This document shows, piece by piece, positions 55,257-64,000 of a stretch of DNA of 64,000 bases. The first letter of the stretch is position 1. Each line of letters begins with the position of its first letter. The stretch is from Bacteriovoracia bacterium (GTDB lineage: Bacteria > Bdellovibrionota > UBA1018 > JBFWNL01). The position numbers were made by a program, and so were the translations under genes. The stretch is taken from positions 32,001 to 96,000 of the forward strand of contig JBFWNL010000007.1 in NCBI GenBank assembly GCA_050251055.1. Reading direction: 5' to 3'. Under the pieces are notes generated by a model. That model did not search any database, was not told the origin of the DNA, and worked only from the letters and a program-made list of their open reading frames with translations.

Positions 55257-58200
55257 CTAGTGCGCGTTCACTTCGCGCTCGTGCCCGGCCTCGAGGTAAG
55301 CTTCGGAACCGTGGCGATGGGTGCGCTCCCGGTATTCGCCGACGGTTTCCACGACCAAGTAGATCAGAATCGCGTAGGCCGAACCCCACATCAGATCCAG
55401 GATGTAGTGGTGGTTGAGGTACACGGCCGAAAAGCACATCAGCAAGTAGAAGAAGACGCAGAAACGCCGCAGGGATCCAAATTTGTATGCGTAAAGCACC
55501 GAGATCAGCGGATAAGCCACATGCAAAGATGGGATGGCGCCGAAGACGTCGGCTGCACGCCCGTACATCTCGCTAAAAAAGTGGGTGCCGAGGATCTGAT
55601 CGAAGCGCGCGGCGCCCGCCGAACTCGCGGGCACGTCGAGACGGGCGGGGCCTAATCCGTACTGAGCCACGTACCAGGGCGGCGCGGCCGCGTACCAGTA
55701 GTAGGTCGAGTAGCCCAGGCAGTTGGTCCAAAAGAACGTCCACATCATGCGGGGAGCCTTGCGCACGATCTCCCGCGCGGAATATTTATGCGTCCCGTGG
55801 AAGCCCAGCCAGAACATGAAGTAGGCGGCGCTGAAGACGAAGAGCGCGACGAAAACCAGGTAGGCGAAGCCGGTAACGAGGTCGAGCGCCGGATGCGTAT
55901 GTAGCTGCCACCACTCGTTAGGGGTAAGCACGCCCTTCGCGGTTTGGATGCCAAAGAAACGCTTATCGAAGAGATACGGCTCCTTCACGTGGATCGGCCC
56001 CCGCAGCCAGTCGGCATAAAAACGCTGGCTGTCGTAGACGATGCCCACGAGGAATACGGGTAGCAGGAACTTCAAGAACTCCCGGGTCGGTTTGCCGAGG
56101 TAAGCTAGCGCCAGCATCAATCCCGAAATGAGCAGGTGATCGGAGCGCAGGCCTCCGAGCGCAAGGAGGGAAAGCACGTACCCCGCGATCAGCCCCAGCG
56201 GCATCCAGCGCTCGCGCGGCGAAAGCGATCGCCACCACGCGGGCCAGCGGAAGATCCAGTCCCAGCCGCGGTAACGTAGCAAACGGCCCCAAACCTGGAG
56301 CGGCTCCATGATCCGGAAGCGAACTTTTGGGCGGGCATTTTCGATCTGCAGCTTTTCGGAGTCGCGATAGTAAAGGTAAGCCGGTAAGGCGATCATCGCC
56401 GCGAGCAGGGTGGTGATTTCACCCAAGACCGCGAGCTTACCGAAGCTAACGAAAGCCTGGTTGCCGGCGATGAGGAGCGATCCGTAACCGACGACCGTCG
56501 TGAGGCTCGCCATGCCGACGGCGCTGCCGGTGCTGCGGATTACCCCCAAGATGCTGCCCCGGCCATCGAGGCGGTAACGCTGGAAGATATTTACGCCGTA
56601 GTCGACGCCGATACCGAAGGTGATGGGGAGCGCGATGAAGTTCAGGAAATTGATCTTGAAATCGAAACCCAGGATCACGCCCGCCATCCAGGTTACCCCC
56701 AGGATCAGTGAGAAGAGGCAGAGCGAGATCAAGCGCGCGCTCCGGAAAAGCGCGATCACGAGCAGGATCACGGCGCCGAAGGCGAAGAGCGTGGCCCGAG
56801 GTCCGTCACGCTTAATGGCGTCGATCATGTCGGCGGTCACGGGGAATTGACCGGCTACCGGGATGCCGGGCGTGACCTTGTCCGCCACCGCGCGCAGGTC
56901 GCGGACGAACTGCAGGAGCTTGTTGCTGTCCTTCGTGGGGTTGGTCACCGGCGGTTCCACCAACACGAGATTGCCCACGGCCCCGCTTTTTTCCGTGAAC
57001 TTGCGCAATACCATCGGCGGCAGATCCTGGACGGACACCGGTACGTAGCTTTCCTCGTTCAGAAACTCGGACGCGAGTTTCTTTTCCTCGGGCGAGAGCG
57101 CGGACAGAATGCGCGGCGTGAGCTGCGACTTGATTTGGCGCAGGACCCGGATCTTTTCCGGCTGGCCCAAGGGCACGAAATCGTCGATTGAGTAAACGGA
57201 AGCGATCAGGCTCTGGCTGCCCTGAGACCTCTGCAGTTTCTTGGCTTCTTCCGCCACGCGCACGGCCTCCGCCTTGGTGTGCGGCATGATTACGGTGGGC
57301 GAGAGCCAGCGCTGGAAGACCTCGTCGATGCGTTTGGAGAGAAACGCCGAGCCCTGCTCGATGCTGCGTTTATCACGCAGTTTTTCCAGGTTGGTTTCCA
57401 GGATGGCGTCGCTGTAGCTAAAGAAGGTGATGAGCGAGACGACGGTCAGCGCGAAAGTCAGGCCCCAGATCGGGCGGGAAAACTTACGAATGAGCCAGAT
57501 GATGGGCTCGGCGAAAAACTGGAATGGCTTGGGGTCGCCAGGAAGCTCGCGCTTTACTCGGATCGGCAGGATGCGGTGCCAGACCGTGAGAAGGGCCGGC
57601 AGCAGCGTGTAGGCCGAAATCCAGCAGATCACCATGCCGATGAGGCCGATCACGCCGAATTGCTTGAAGCCGCGGAAGCTGGTGAGCATGAGCGATCCGT
57701 AGGAAAGCCCTGCCGCCAGCGCGGCGACCAGGGTCGCGGTATAGGTCTGAGTCAGGGCGAGGTGCACGCCGCGAATGTTTCCATTGCCCTTGCGGCGCTC
57801 CTCCATGTAGCGCGCGAGGTAGATAATGCCGAAGTTGATGCCGTTGCCGATGACGATCGAGCCCAGGAACGCGGAGTTGGCGTTAAGGTAGCCCACCGCG
57901 AAGAACGAAACGCCGAAGGTCGCCAGGGTGCCGATGAATAGGCTCACCATGAGCGCGAAGACCCCGCCGATCGTTCGGTAGTAAACGAGCATGAAAACCG
58001 TGCACAGGATTACTACGATGATCGTAGAGAGCTCGAGATCCTCCATGAGCGAATGATGCTCTTCGATGAGGTTCTGGACGCTGCCGGAAAACTTCACGTC
58101 CAGCCCCGCCCCGTATTTGGCTTCGTTGCCCTTCGGGTCGAGACCGGCGATAGCTTGATCGACGGCGTGACGAAGGCGTTCGGCCCCATCGATGCCTGAG

Positions 58201-58805
58201 GCGGCCCCCGGTAGATCGACGAGTAGAATACGGATCGTCTCGTCTTGATTGGCGTAATAGCCGTTCGGGAAGTGGGAGTAAGACGATGTCTTCTGGTTGT
58301 ATTTCGCCCGCATGGCGTCGAAATCGAGCTTGGGCTCCGGAATCTCGGTGGTCCGGAAAATATTCAAGGGGTTGTAGAGTTCTTTTTCGTAGCTGATGCG
58401 GTCGCGGATGTAGGTTCGGATGGAGGTGAGATCATCGATCTCCATGTAAAGTGCCTTGCGCGAATCAAAGAACTTCAGCTCATCGGTGATCTTATACTCG
58501 GTACCGGCGACGATGGACTTTGGGACTTGCTTCAGGCGGTCGACCAGATCGTGCAGGAATCGGAGACTGCCCTTGGGGTTGGGCGAAAAAATCAGCACCG
58601 CGAGATTCTCGGTGGACTCGAGCCGTTCGGTCACTTCCTTGAGATCGATGACGCTGCGAGCGTCCGTGGGCAAAAGCTCTTCGATGTTTGTCCGGAGATT
58701 CTTGTAAAGCTGGATCGAGTAATAGCCACCCCAGATAGCGATGAGCAACCCGATGATGCAGATCAGCCCGGCTCGTTTGAGCACTAGGCGGGAGTAGAAA
58801 TTCAC
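55257..58805 (-). CDS. MMPL/RND transporter fused to Aur1-like inositol-phosphoceramide synthase (PAP2) domain
   Basis: Two MMPL halves (GNGINFGI, GIGVDYGVNI); C-terminal AAAPPWY, AGAARFD, FGAIPSLH and YLNHHYILD motifs. Confidence 0.82.
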   Translation of the reverse strand: MNFYSRLVLKRAGLICIIGLLIAIWGGYYSIQLYKNLRTNIEELLPTDARSVIDLKEVTERLESTENLAVLIFSPNPKGSLRFLHDLVDRLKQVPKSIVAGTEYKITDELKFFDSRKALYMEIDDLTSIRTYIRDRISYEKELYNPLNIFRTTEIPEPKLDFDAMRAKYNQKTSSYSHFPNGYYANQDETIRILLVDLPGAASGIDGAERLRHAVDQAIAGLDPKGNEAKYGAGLDVKFSGSVQNLIEEHHSLMEDLELSTIIVVILCTVFMLVYYRTIGGVFALMVSLFIGTLATFGVSFFAVGYLNANSAFLGSIVIGNGINFGIIYLARYMEERRKGNGNIRGVHLALTQTYTATLVAALAAGLSYGSLMLTSFRGFKQFGVIGLIGMVICWISAYTLLPALLTVWHRILPIRVKRELPGDPKPFQFFAEPIIWLIRKFSRPIWGLTFALTVVSLITFFSYSDAILETNLEKLRDKRSIEQGSAFLSKRIDEVFQRWLSPTVIMPHTKAEAVRVAEEAKKLQRSQGSQSLIASVYSIDDFVPLGQPEKIRVLRQIKSQLTPRILSALSPEEKKLASEFLNEESYVPVSVQDLPPMVLRKFTEKSGAVGNLVLVEPPVTNPTKDSNKLLQFVRDLRAVADKVTPGIPVAGQFPVTADMIDAIKRDGPRATLFAFGAVILLVIALFRSARLISLCLFSLILGVTWMAGVILGFDFKINFLNFIALPITFGIGVDYGVNIFQRYRLDGRGSILGVIRSTGSAVGMASLTTVVGYGSLLIAGNQAFVSFGKLAVLGEITTLLAAMIALPAYLYYRDSEKLQIENARPKVRFRIMEPLQVWGRLLRYRGWDWIFRWPAWWRSLSPRERWMPLGLIAGYVLSLLALGGLRSDHLLISGLMLALAYLGKPTREFLKFLLPVFLVGIVYDSQRFYADWLRGPIHVKEPYLFDKRFFGIQTAKGVLTPNEWWQLHTHPALDLVTGFAYLVFVALFVFSAAYFMFWLGFHGTHKYSAREIVRKAPRMMWTFFWTNCLGYSTYYWYAAAPPWYVAQYGLGPARLDVPASSAGAARFDQILGTHFFSEMYGRAADVFGAIPSLHVAYPLISVLYAYKFGSLRRFCVFFYLLMCFSAVYLNHHYILDLMWGSAYAILIYLVVETVGEYRERTHRHGSEAYLEAGHEREVNAH

Positions 58806-58823
58806 CCTCGAGAGTTAACCTGA

Positions 58824-59678
58824 GTGACGGCGTCCGCAAAGCAGTTTCAGCAATTAGCGTTGTGTTTCCGCCTATTTTGGTCTTTACTATTGGTCGTGAA
58901 TCTCTGTCAGTTACTCGTGCGCTGGACCAAGCGATTGGGCGAATTTATGCTCTTCGTCAACGAGACGATCAAAGTCTTTCCGGGTCTGTGGAAGCGCCGC
59001 GACTTGTTCTTCCGTCAGTGTGAATTTATCGGAGTGACTTCGACAGGTATTATTCTCGTGGCGGCGCTCTTTATGGGTGCTGTTTTAGGTTATCAACTTT
59101 ACGTGTCATTTCATTACTTTGGTGCCGAGGCTTTACTCGGCGGAAGCGTCGGGGTGGCACTCTTCCGGGAGCTGGCTCCCGTCATGGGCGCGGTGATGGT
59201 GACCGGGCGGGCGGGCGCGGCGATGGCCGCTGAGATCGCCAGTATGCGAATCTCCGAACAGATCGACGCGCTCGAGGTCATGGCGATCGATCCGATGGAA
59301 TACCTCGTGGCTCCGCGGGTGGTGGCGGGCGTTTGCATGATGCCGCTTCTGTCCGTCCTTTTCGCGGGCATCGCTTCGCTTGCGGCCGCGGGCGTGGCCT
59401 GCGGAGTGATGGGATTGAGCACGCCGGTCTATTGGAGTCAGTTTTCCAAAGTGGTCGATCCGATCGAGCTCACCCATTGCGTGACCAAGGGAGCGATGTT
59501 CGGGTTGGTGCTGACCTGGGTGGGTTGTTTCTATGGGTTTCGTGCGCACGGGGGCGCCTACGCGGTAGGCAAGGCCACACGTACGACGGTGGTGGTGAGC
59601 TGTCTCACGATTCTGCTCTCGGATTACGTGCTGACGTCGCTACTTCCATTTGGATTTGCCAGACTGATTGCCGAATGA
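58824..59678 (+). CDS. mlaE: MlaE-family ABC permease
   Basis: RELAPVMGAVMVTGRAGAAMAAEIASMRISEQIDALEVMAIDP; true start possibly GTG 58896. Confidence 0.9.
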   Translation: MTASAKQFQQLALCFRLFWSLLLVVNLCQLLVRWTKRLGEFMLFVNETIKVFPGLWKRRDLFFRQCEFIGVTSTGIILVAALFMGAVLGYQLYVSFHYFGAEALLGGSVGVALFRELAPVMGAVMVTGRAGAAMAAEIASMRISEQIDALEVMAIDPMEYLVAPRVVAGVCMMPLLSVLFAGIASLAAAGVACGVMGLSTPVYWSQFSKVVDPIELTHCVTKGAMFGLVLTWVGCFYGFRAHGGAYAVGKATRTTVVVSCLTILLSDYVLTSLLPFGFARLIAE

Positions 59679-59706
59679 CCGATTGCAGAATAGAAAGAGT
59701 ACGACT

Positions 59707-61197
59707 ATGGCAGGCGAAAACATCCGAACCGTAAAAATCAAAGTGGGCCTCTTCTCCTTGGCCGGACTGGCGCTGATCGGCGTGATCACCGTCTTCGTGA
59801 ACGATCGCCCCTTCTGGTGGCGGGGGTGCGAGTTGGTGCACGTGAACATCGAGGATGCCACGGGCCTAAAGACGAAATCCCCCATCCGTTCGCTCGGGTT
59901 GCAGATCGGGTACCTTCATTCGGTCGAGCTCTTTCAGCAGCAGGTCCGTTTGGGGATTTGCATCACCGCGCCGGTGGAAGTGCTGCCGGACACGCGCGCC
60001 TATGTGAAGGGCGAAGGTTTCTTGGGCGACAAATTCGTGGAGCTAAAGCCCGTGAAGTACGTTGGGCAATCGCGCGATGAGACGTTGAACGACGCAGCTC
60101 CCTCGCAGACCTCGACTCCCGCGCCGGCGCAAACCTGGGCACCCAGCCGGCCGATCCACCCATTGCTTTGGGCGATGGGGTGGGGCGTGGACGCGGCTTG
60201 GGCGGCCAAAACCAACGTGAACGTGGCCGAGGCGAAGGATAGCCGCAAGGAGATCCCGGTCGGTGAAAAGAGCCAAGACGTGCAGGAGTTGGTGAACGAG
60301 GTCAACGGCCTCGTGGGCGAACTCTCCGTGCTCACGAACAATCTCAAAACGTCGCTCAACCCGGTCGACATGCAGCGCACGATGCAGAAGTTGAATCGTA
60401 CGCTTGAGAACGCGGCGAAAACGCTTTCGCCGGAAGGCAATCTCACCACTACGGCCCAACGCGCGCTCGCGAAACTCGAAGACGCCATCGAGCAGATGCG
60501 CGACATGGTGACGCGAATCAACCAGGGCGAAGGCTCGGTGGGCATGGTGATCAACGACCCCAGCTATGCCGAGGAGCTGCGCGATGCCCTCCGGAATTTG
60601 AATTCGCTGCTTTCGAAGGTGAGCGGCGTACGTTTCCAGGTGGATGTCGGAGCGGAAGCTTTGCCGGCTTACAGCGATGCGCGGGGCTGGTTCCGGTTGG
60701 GCATCTGGCCGTCGGCCGACCGCTACTATCTGCTCGGTTTGTCGGTCGATCCGCGCGGGAAAACCAATGTGCTGGACGTCACCACCACGGCGGGCACGGC
60801 TAGCACCACGACTCGTTCGGTAACCACTGAGCAAGGAGGCATCCTGCTCACCGCGATGTTGGGTAAGGTGTTTTGGCACCGGCTTGATTTTTCGGCCGGC
60901 ATCTATCACGGGGACGCCACGCTGGGCGTGGCTTTCAATCTGGGACCGCAGACCAATGAGGAGCTGCTCCGGGTGGAGGCGCAGGGGTTTAGCGGCGCGG
61001 ATGGAAGGGGCGGCCACCAGTTCGACGGCCGCGCGAACGCCATCTGGTTTCCGTCGCAGAGCCCTTACCTGAAGACGATTTACATCCGCGGCGGGGTGGA
61101 TTCGGTTCGCCAGGTAAACGGAAAGTTTTCGTATTCGGTGGGCGCCGGCATCTCGTTCAACGACCGGGACATCAAGATGCTCTTCGCGCTCCGCTAG
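59707..61197 (+). CDS. mlaD: MlaD/MCE protein with helical stalk and C-terminal beta-rich domain
   Basis: KVGLF TM; DATGLKTKSPIRSLGLQIG, GFLGDKFVEL and GEGSVGMVIND motifs. Confidence 0.85.
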   Translation: MAGENIRTVKIKVGLFSLAGLALIGVITVFVNDRPFWWRGCELVHVNIEDATGLKTKSPIRSLGLQIGYLHSVELFQQQVRLGICITAPVEVLPDTRAYVKGEGFLGDKFVELKPVKYVGQSRDETLNDAAPSQTSTPAPAQTWAPSRPIHPLLWAMGWGVDAAWAAKTNVNVAEAKDSRKEIPVGEKSQDVQELVNEVNGLVGELSVLTNNLKTSLNPVDMQRTMQKLNRTLENAAKTLSPEGNLTTTAQRALAKLEDAIEQMRDMVTRINQGEGSVGMVINDPSYAEELRDALRNLNSLLSKVSGVRFQVDVGAEALPAYSDARGWFRLGIWPSADRYYLLGLSVDPRGKTNVLDVTTTAGTASTTTRSVTTEQGGILLTAMLGKVFWHRLDFSAGIYHGDATLGVAFNLGPQTNEELLRVEAQGFSGADGRGGHQFDGRANAIWFPSQSPYLKTIYIRGGVDSVRQVNGKFSYSVGAGISFNDRDIKMLFALR

Positions 61198-61368
61198 CCT
61201 GCGTAGGTCTTCCCGGACCTCCCCCGCGCGAATTGTTGTAGGGAAGTTCGACAGCTGAAAACAAAGTAGTCACTCGGCTCGGCCTTTTACACCCCAGCGC
61301 GGTTTAAAGCCCTTCGGCTTCCGATTTGCAATAGTCCAGGGTAGGGGTCAGTAAGGGTAGAGAGTGGT

Positions 61369-62517
61369 ATGAGTCAAAATTTAATTTCCGTCCGTGCGCT
61401 CAGCGCTTGGTCGTTTGCCGCCTTTTTGCTGGCGGGTTGCACGCAACCGATTCCCGCGTATATCGCGCCTCAGTTGCGGGGCCCGAGTTCTCCGGGAGAG
61501 CAGAGCTTTCACCGCGAAGGGCGCAGTGAATCCTATAACGTCGCGGCCGCGCAGGCGAAAATCGATATCTTGTTCATGGTGGACAACTCCGGCTCGATGG
61601 AAAACGAACAAAACATATTGGCCACGTCGTTCGGCCAATTCATCAATCAGTTCATTACGCGCAATTTGGATTTTCACGTGGGTGTGGTCACGACCGACGT
61701 GACTCCTTTAAGTGGCAATTCCAATTACTGGAGCGGGACGAACGCCAACAGCGCCTTTTACGGGTACCAAAGTCCGGGGCCGGGCCGACTGTTGTCCCGT
61801 ACCGCTGAACGCTATCTGCAAAATACATCGCAGAACCTGGTTTCCCAGTTCCAGGCCAACGTTAACGTCGGAACTCGGGGAAGCGGCAATGAGCAGGGGT
61901 TGGAGTCCATCTATGAAACCTTGGACCCGCTGCTATCGGTGCCGACCGCGCCCAACGCCGGTTTCGTGCGTAATGATGCTTTGTTATCGCTGGTGATTGT
62001 TTCGGATGAAGACGAGTGCCTGAACGCGGCGGCCCATTCGATGCCGCCGGTGGAAACGGCCCAACAACGGATCGACCGCACTTTGGCCCGGATTCAGGCG
62101 GCGAAGGGCAACGTGGCGAACATGCATCGGCTCGATTACATCATTAACCTGGATACCCCGCCCACGAACCAAACTTATCCGGCGGGGCTGCTTTACTATC
62201 CGCAGATTTATCTGATGGCGGCGGCTCAAACCATGGCCACGCCGATCAACATCGGAGCCAACTTCTCGGCGCCGCTCGTGGCGCTGGGAGATGAATTGGC
62301 CGTCCAGGCCGAGCGGCAGTTCCAGCTCTCGGCGATTCCGATCGTGGATACGATCGATGTCCTGATTGACGGTGCCATCGAGATCCCGCACAGCGCGGAC
62401 AACGGCTGGAGTTACCTGCCGGCGCCCGCGAACCGGGTTCAGCTCAACGGCAACGCCCTCTTGCAGGCGCGCGGGCACGTGTTGACGATCTCGTACGAGA
62501 CGCTGGTGGCGGACTAA
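61369..62517 (+). CDS. VWA-domain lipoprotein
   Basis: Lipobox LAG|C; DILFMVDNSGSM MIDAS, GVVTTD and IVSDEDE motifs. Confidence 0.8.
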   Translation: MSQNLISVRALSAWSFAAFLLAGCTQPIPAYIAPQLRGPSSPGEQSFHREGRSESYNVAAAQAKIDILFMVDNSGSMENEQNILATSFGQFINQFITRNLDFHVGVVTTDVTPLSGNSNYWSGTNANSAFYGYQSPGPGRLLSRTAERYLQNTSQNLVSQFQANVNVGTRGSGNEQGLESIYETLDPLLSVPTAPNAGFVRNDALLSLVIVSDEDECLNAAAHSMPPVETAQQRIDRTLARIQAAKGNVANMHRLDYIINLDTPPTNQTYPAGLLYYPQIYLMAAAQTMATPINIGANFSAPLVALGDELAVQAERQFQLSAIPIVDTIDVLIDGAIEIPHSADNGWSYLPAPANRVQLNGNALLQARGHVLTISYETLVAD

Positions 62518-62529
62518 TCCTTTTGAGAG

Positions 62530-63222
62530 CTAGGCGACGATCGCGCCTTTGAGGCTGTCGAAGATGAATTTGCCAATCTTCGATAGCTCTTCCGGTTCGA
62601 GCTGATTAAATCTCAAGCCCAAGCCGTTATTCCCCTTCCAGACGACGGTGCTCATGGTGTTGAGTCCGCCCAGATCGGGGATCTGGGTATGCAAGGTTTC
62701 GTTCACCGACCCGAGGTCCTCGGTGGTTTCCACGAAGGCCCCTCCCACGGATAGGTTCGAAATAGTCGCTTCCTTGCCGTTGCCGAGGCGGATCGGGATC
62801 CGCGTTTTAATCCGGCGAAACTTGCGCTTTTCGTTGCCATCGTACTTGGATTGCGTGTTGAGCACGTACTGAATGGCGAGCGTTAGGCTCTGCTCGTTCG
62901 TTGGCAGCTTGAGAATCACTAGCTGTTCGTATTTGATCATGTTGACCAAAACCTCATTCGTGGTCTGGCCAGCCAGGAAAACCACCGGCAAGTTGGCTTG
63001 CGAGTTTTTCAGCTGGTCGACCAGGCGGTCTCCGTTGAGATCTGGCAACTGGTATTCGGTGATCAGTATGTCGGGGCGATTTTTTTCAAATAAGGACAGC
63101 GCGGCTTGCCCATTGGAAGCCATGATGGCGTTGAAGCCATGCTTGATTAGAATTCGGCAGACGTCGACTTTAACGCCGGTGTCCGGGCTCACCACGAGCA
63201 CTTTCGTCTGTTTTGCTGTCAT
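62530..63222 (-). CDS. Pseudo-receiver plus PilZ domain protein
   Basis: REC fold with Glu at the phospho-Asp position (LITEYQLP); RKFRR and NLSVGG PilZ motifs. Confidence 0.8.
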   Translation of the reverse strand: MTAKQTKVLVVSPDTGVKVDVCRILIKHGFNAIMASNGQAALSLFEKNRPDILITEYQLPDLNGDRLVDQLKNSQANLPVVFLAGQTTNEVLVNMIKYEQLVILKLPTNEQSLTLAIQYVLNTQSKYDGNEKRKFRRIKTRIPIRLGNGKEATISNLSVGGAFVETTEDLGSVNETLHTQIPDLGGLNTMSTVVWKGNNGLGLRFNQLEPEELSKIGKFIFDSLKGAIVA

Positions 63223-63351
63223 CTTCCCCTCGTACTAGTATATCCCAACGGTCGGGTTCCTGAATGTGTCGGACTTAAATGAGTCAGATAAGACCCGAGG
63301 GCGCACTTCTAAAGATTAATCGAGCTTAAGCGATGCATCAATAGGCGGATT

Positions 63352-63894
63352 TTAACCGGCTTTTCCGCCTTCCGGTGAGGCTTTGCTGCGCGGCAGGGGT
63401 GGATGCGTCAGTCGCCACCAGAACCAAGATTGGTAGGCGATTAATAGCGCGATAGCGCTCAGGTATCCGAGACACAGGGGGCGGAGCATCTTTACGCTGA
63501 AGGGAAGGACGATTTTCAGGAGAAAGTTCACGCCGTCAATAAACGGCCAGAGTATGCCTAGGAAAGTCAGCAGCAGTGGGTAGTAGAGGTAGCGGAGGGA
63601 GTGCAGCCAGAGTTCCGCCCGCGAACAGCCGTGGTGGTGGTTCAGCTCGTCGCGGGTAACGGCTAGGGCCGTGGCCAACGCCAGAAGGACGTAGATCAGG
63701 CGCCGGCTCGCGGAATACTCCACGAAATAAACAAAAATCACGCATATCCCGAGCGCGAGGGAGTCGAAAACGTGCTGACGGGCTTCCAGCGCGGTAAGGG
63801 TGCCCACGCGCGCCCGCGGGCGATGGAACTTGATCTCGTCAACCCAGGCGAGCGCGAGGGATCCGCCGAATACAATGACGCCGAGAAAGAACAT
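63352..63894 (-). CDS. Membrane protein with paired DE..H / E..H motifs
   Basis: About 5 TM; VDEIKFH..EARQH and RDELNHH..ELWLH internal duplication. Confidence 0.6.
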   Translation of the reverse strand: MFFLGVIVFGGSLALAWVDEIKFHRPRARVGTLTALEARQHVFDSLALGICVIFVYFVEYSASRRLIYVLLALATALAVTRDELNHHHGCSRAELWLHSLRYLYYPLLLTFLGILWPFIDGVNFLLKIVLPFSVKMLRPLCLGYLSAIALLIAYQSWFWWRLTHPPLPRSKASPEGGKAG

Positions 63895-64000
63895 GGACCT
63901 ATTCTATGCGGGCGCGTCGGGTTGTCCATGCCCGGGTGGGGGGTGGTTTATTTTTCGTCGCCCGGCTCGCTTCCGGTTTCGGATGAAGACTCGATGCCTC

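Overview
GC-rich (roughly 60% by eye) bacterial chromosome segment, about 55 genes. The gene repertoire points to Bdellovibrionota/Oligoflexia or a relative (inference): many orphan lipoproteins and barrels, a Get3/ArsA pair, LpoB-COG3014, a Hanks kinase and a VWA lipoprotein. I see no rRNA, tRNA, CRISPR array or transposase. Recognisable modules: a Tat/cytochrome-c surface operon (0.2-4.5 kb), ArsR-feoAB with a perfect operator, exbBD, kamA, a signalling block (kinase, OmpR regulator, STAS, HDOD, HD-GYP, PP2C), CBS/CGL transsulfuration, gshA, trmB and a sigma28-driven flagellin. The best candidate for an undescribed system is at 49.1-61.2 kb: an inositol-lipid locus with myo-inositol-phosphate synthase, a CDP-alcohol phosphotransferase, a Gfo/Idh/MocA dehydrogenase and a class III aminotransferase. 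It also carries one 1182-aa protein fusing an MMPL/RND exporter to an Aur1-type inositol-phosphoceramide synthase domain, divergent from mlaE-mlaD. This suggests an (amino)inositol-phosphosphingolipid made and exported by a coupled machine. The second candidate is a dispersed set of secreted orphan enzymes (including a signal-peptide-bearing nucleotidyltransferase) that share sigma28-like promoters and a terminal Cys-helix tag. A 21-aa amphipathic peptide gene with a structured leader is missing from the ORF track. All calls come from motif recognition by eye; no searches were run.
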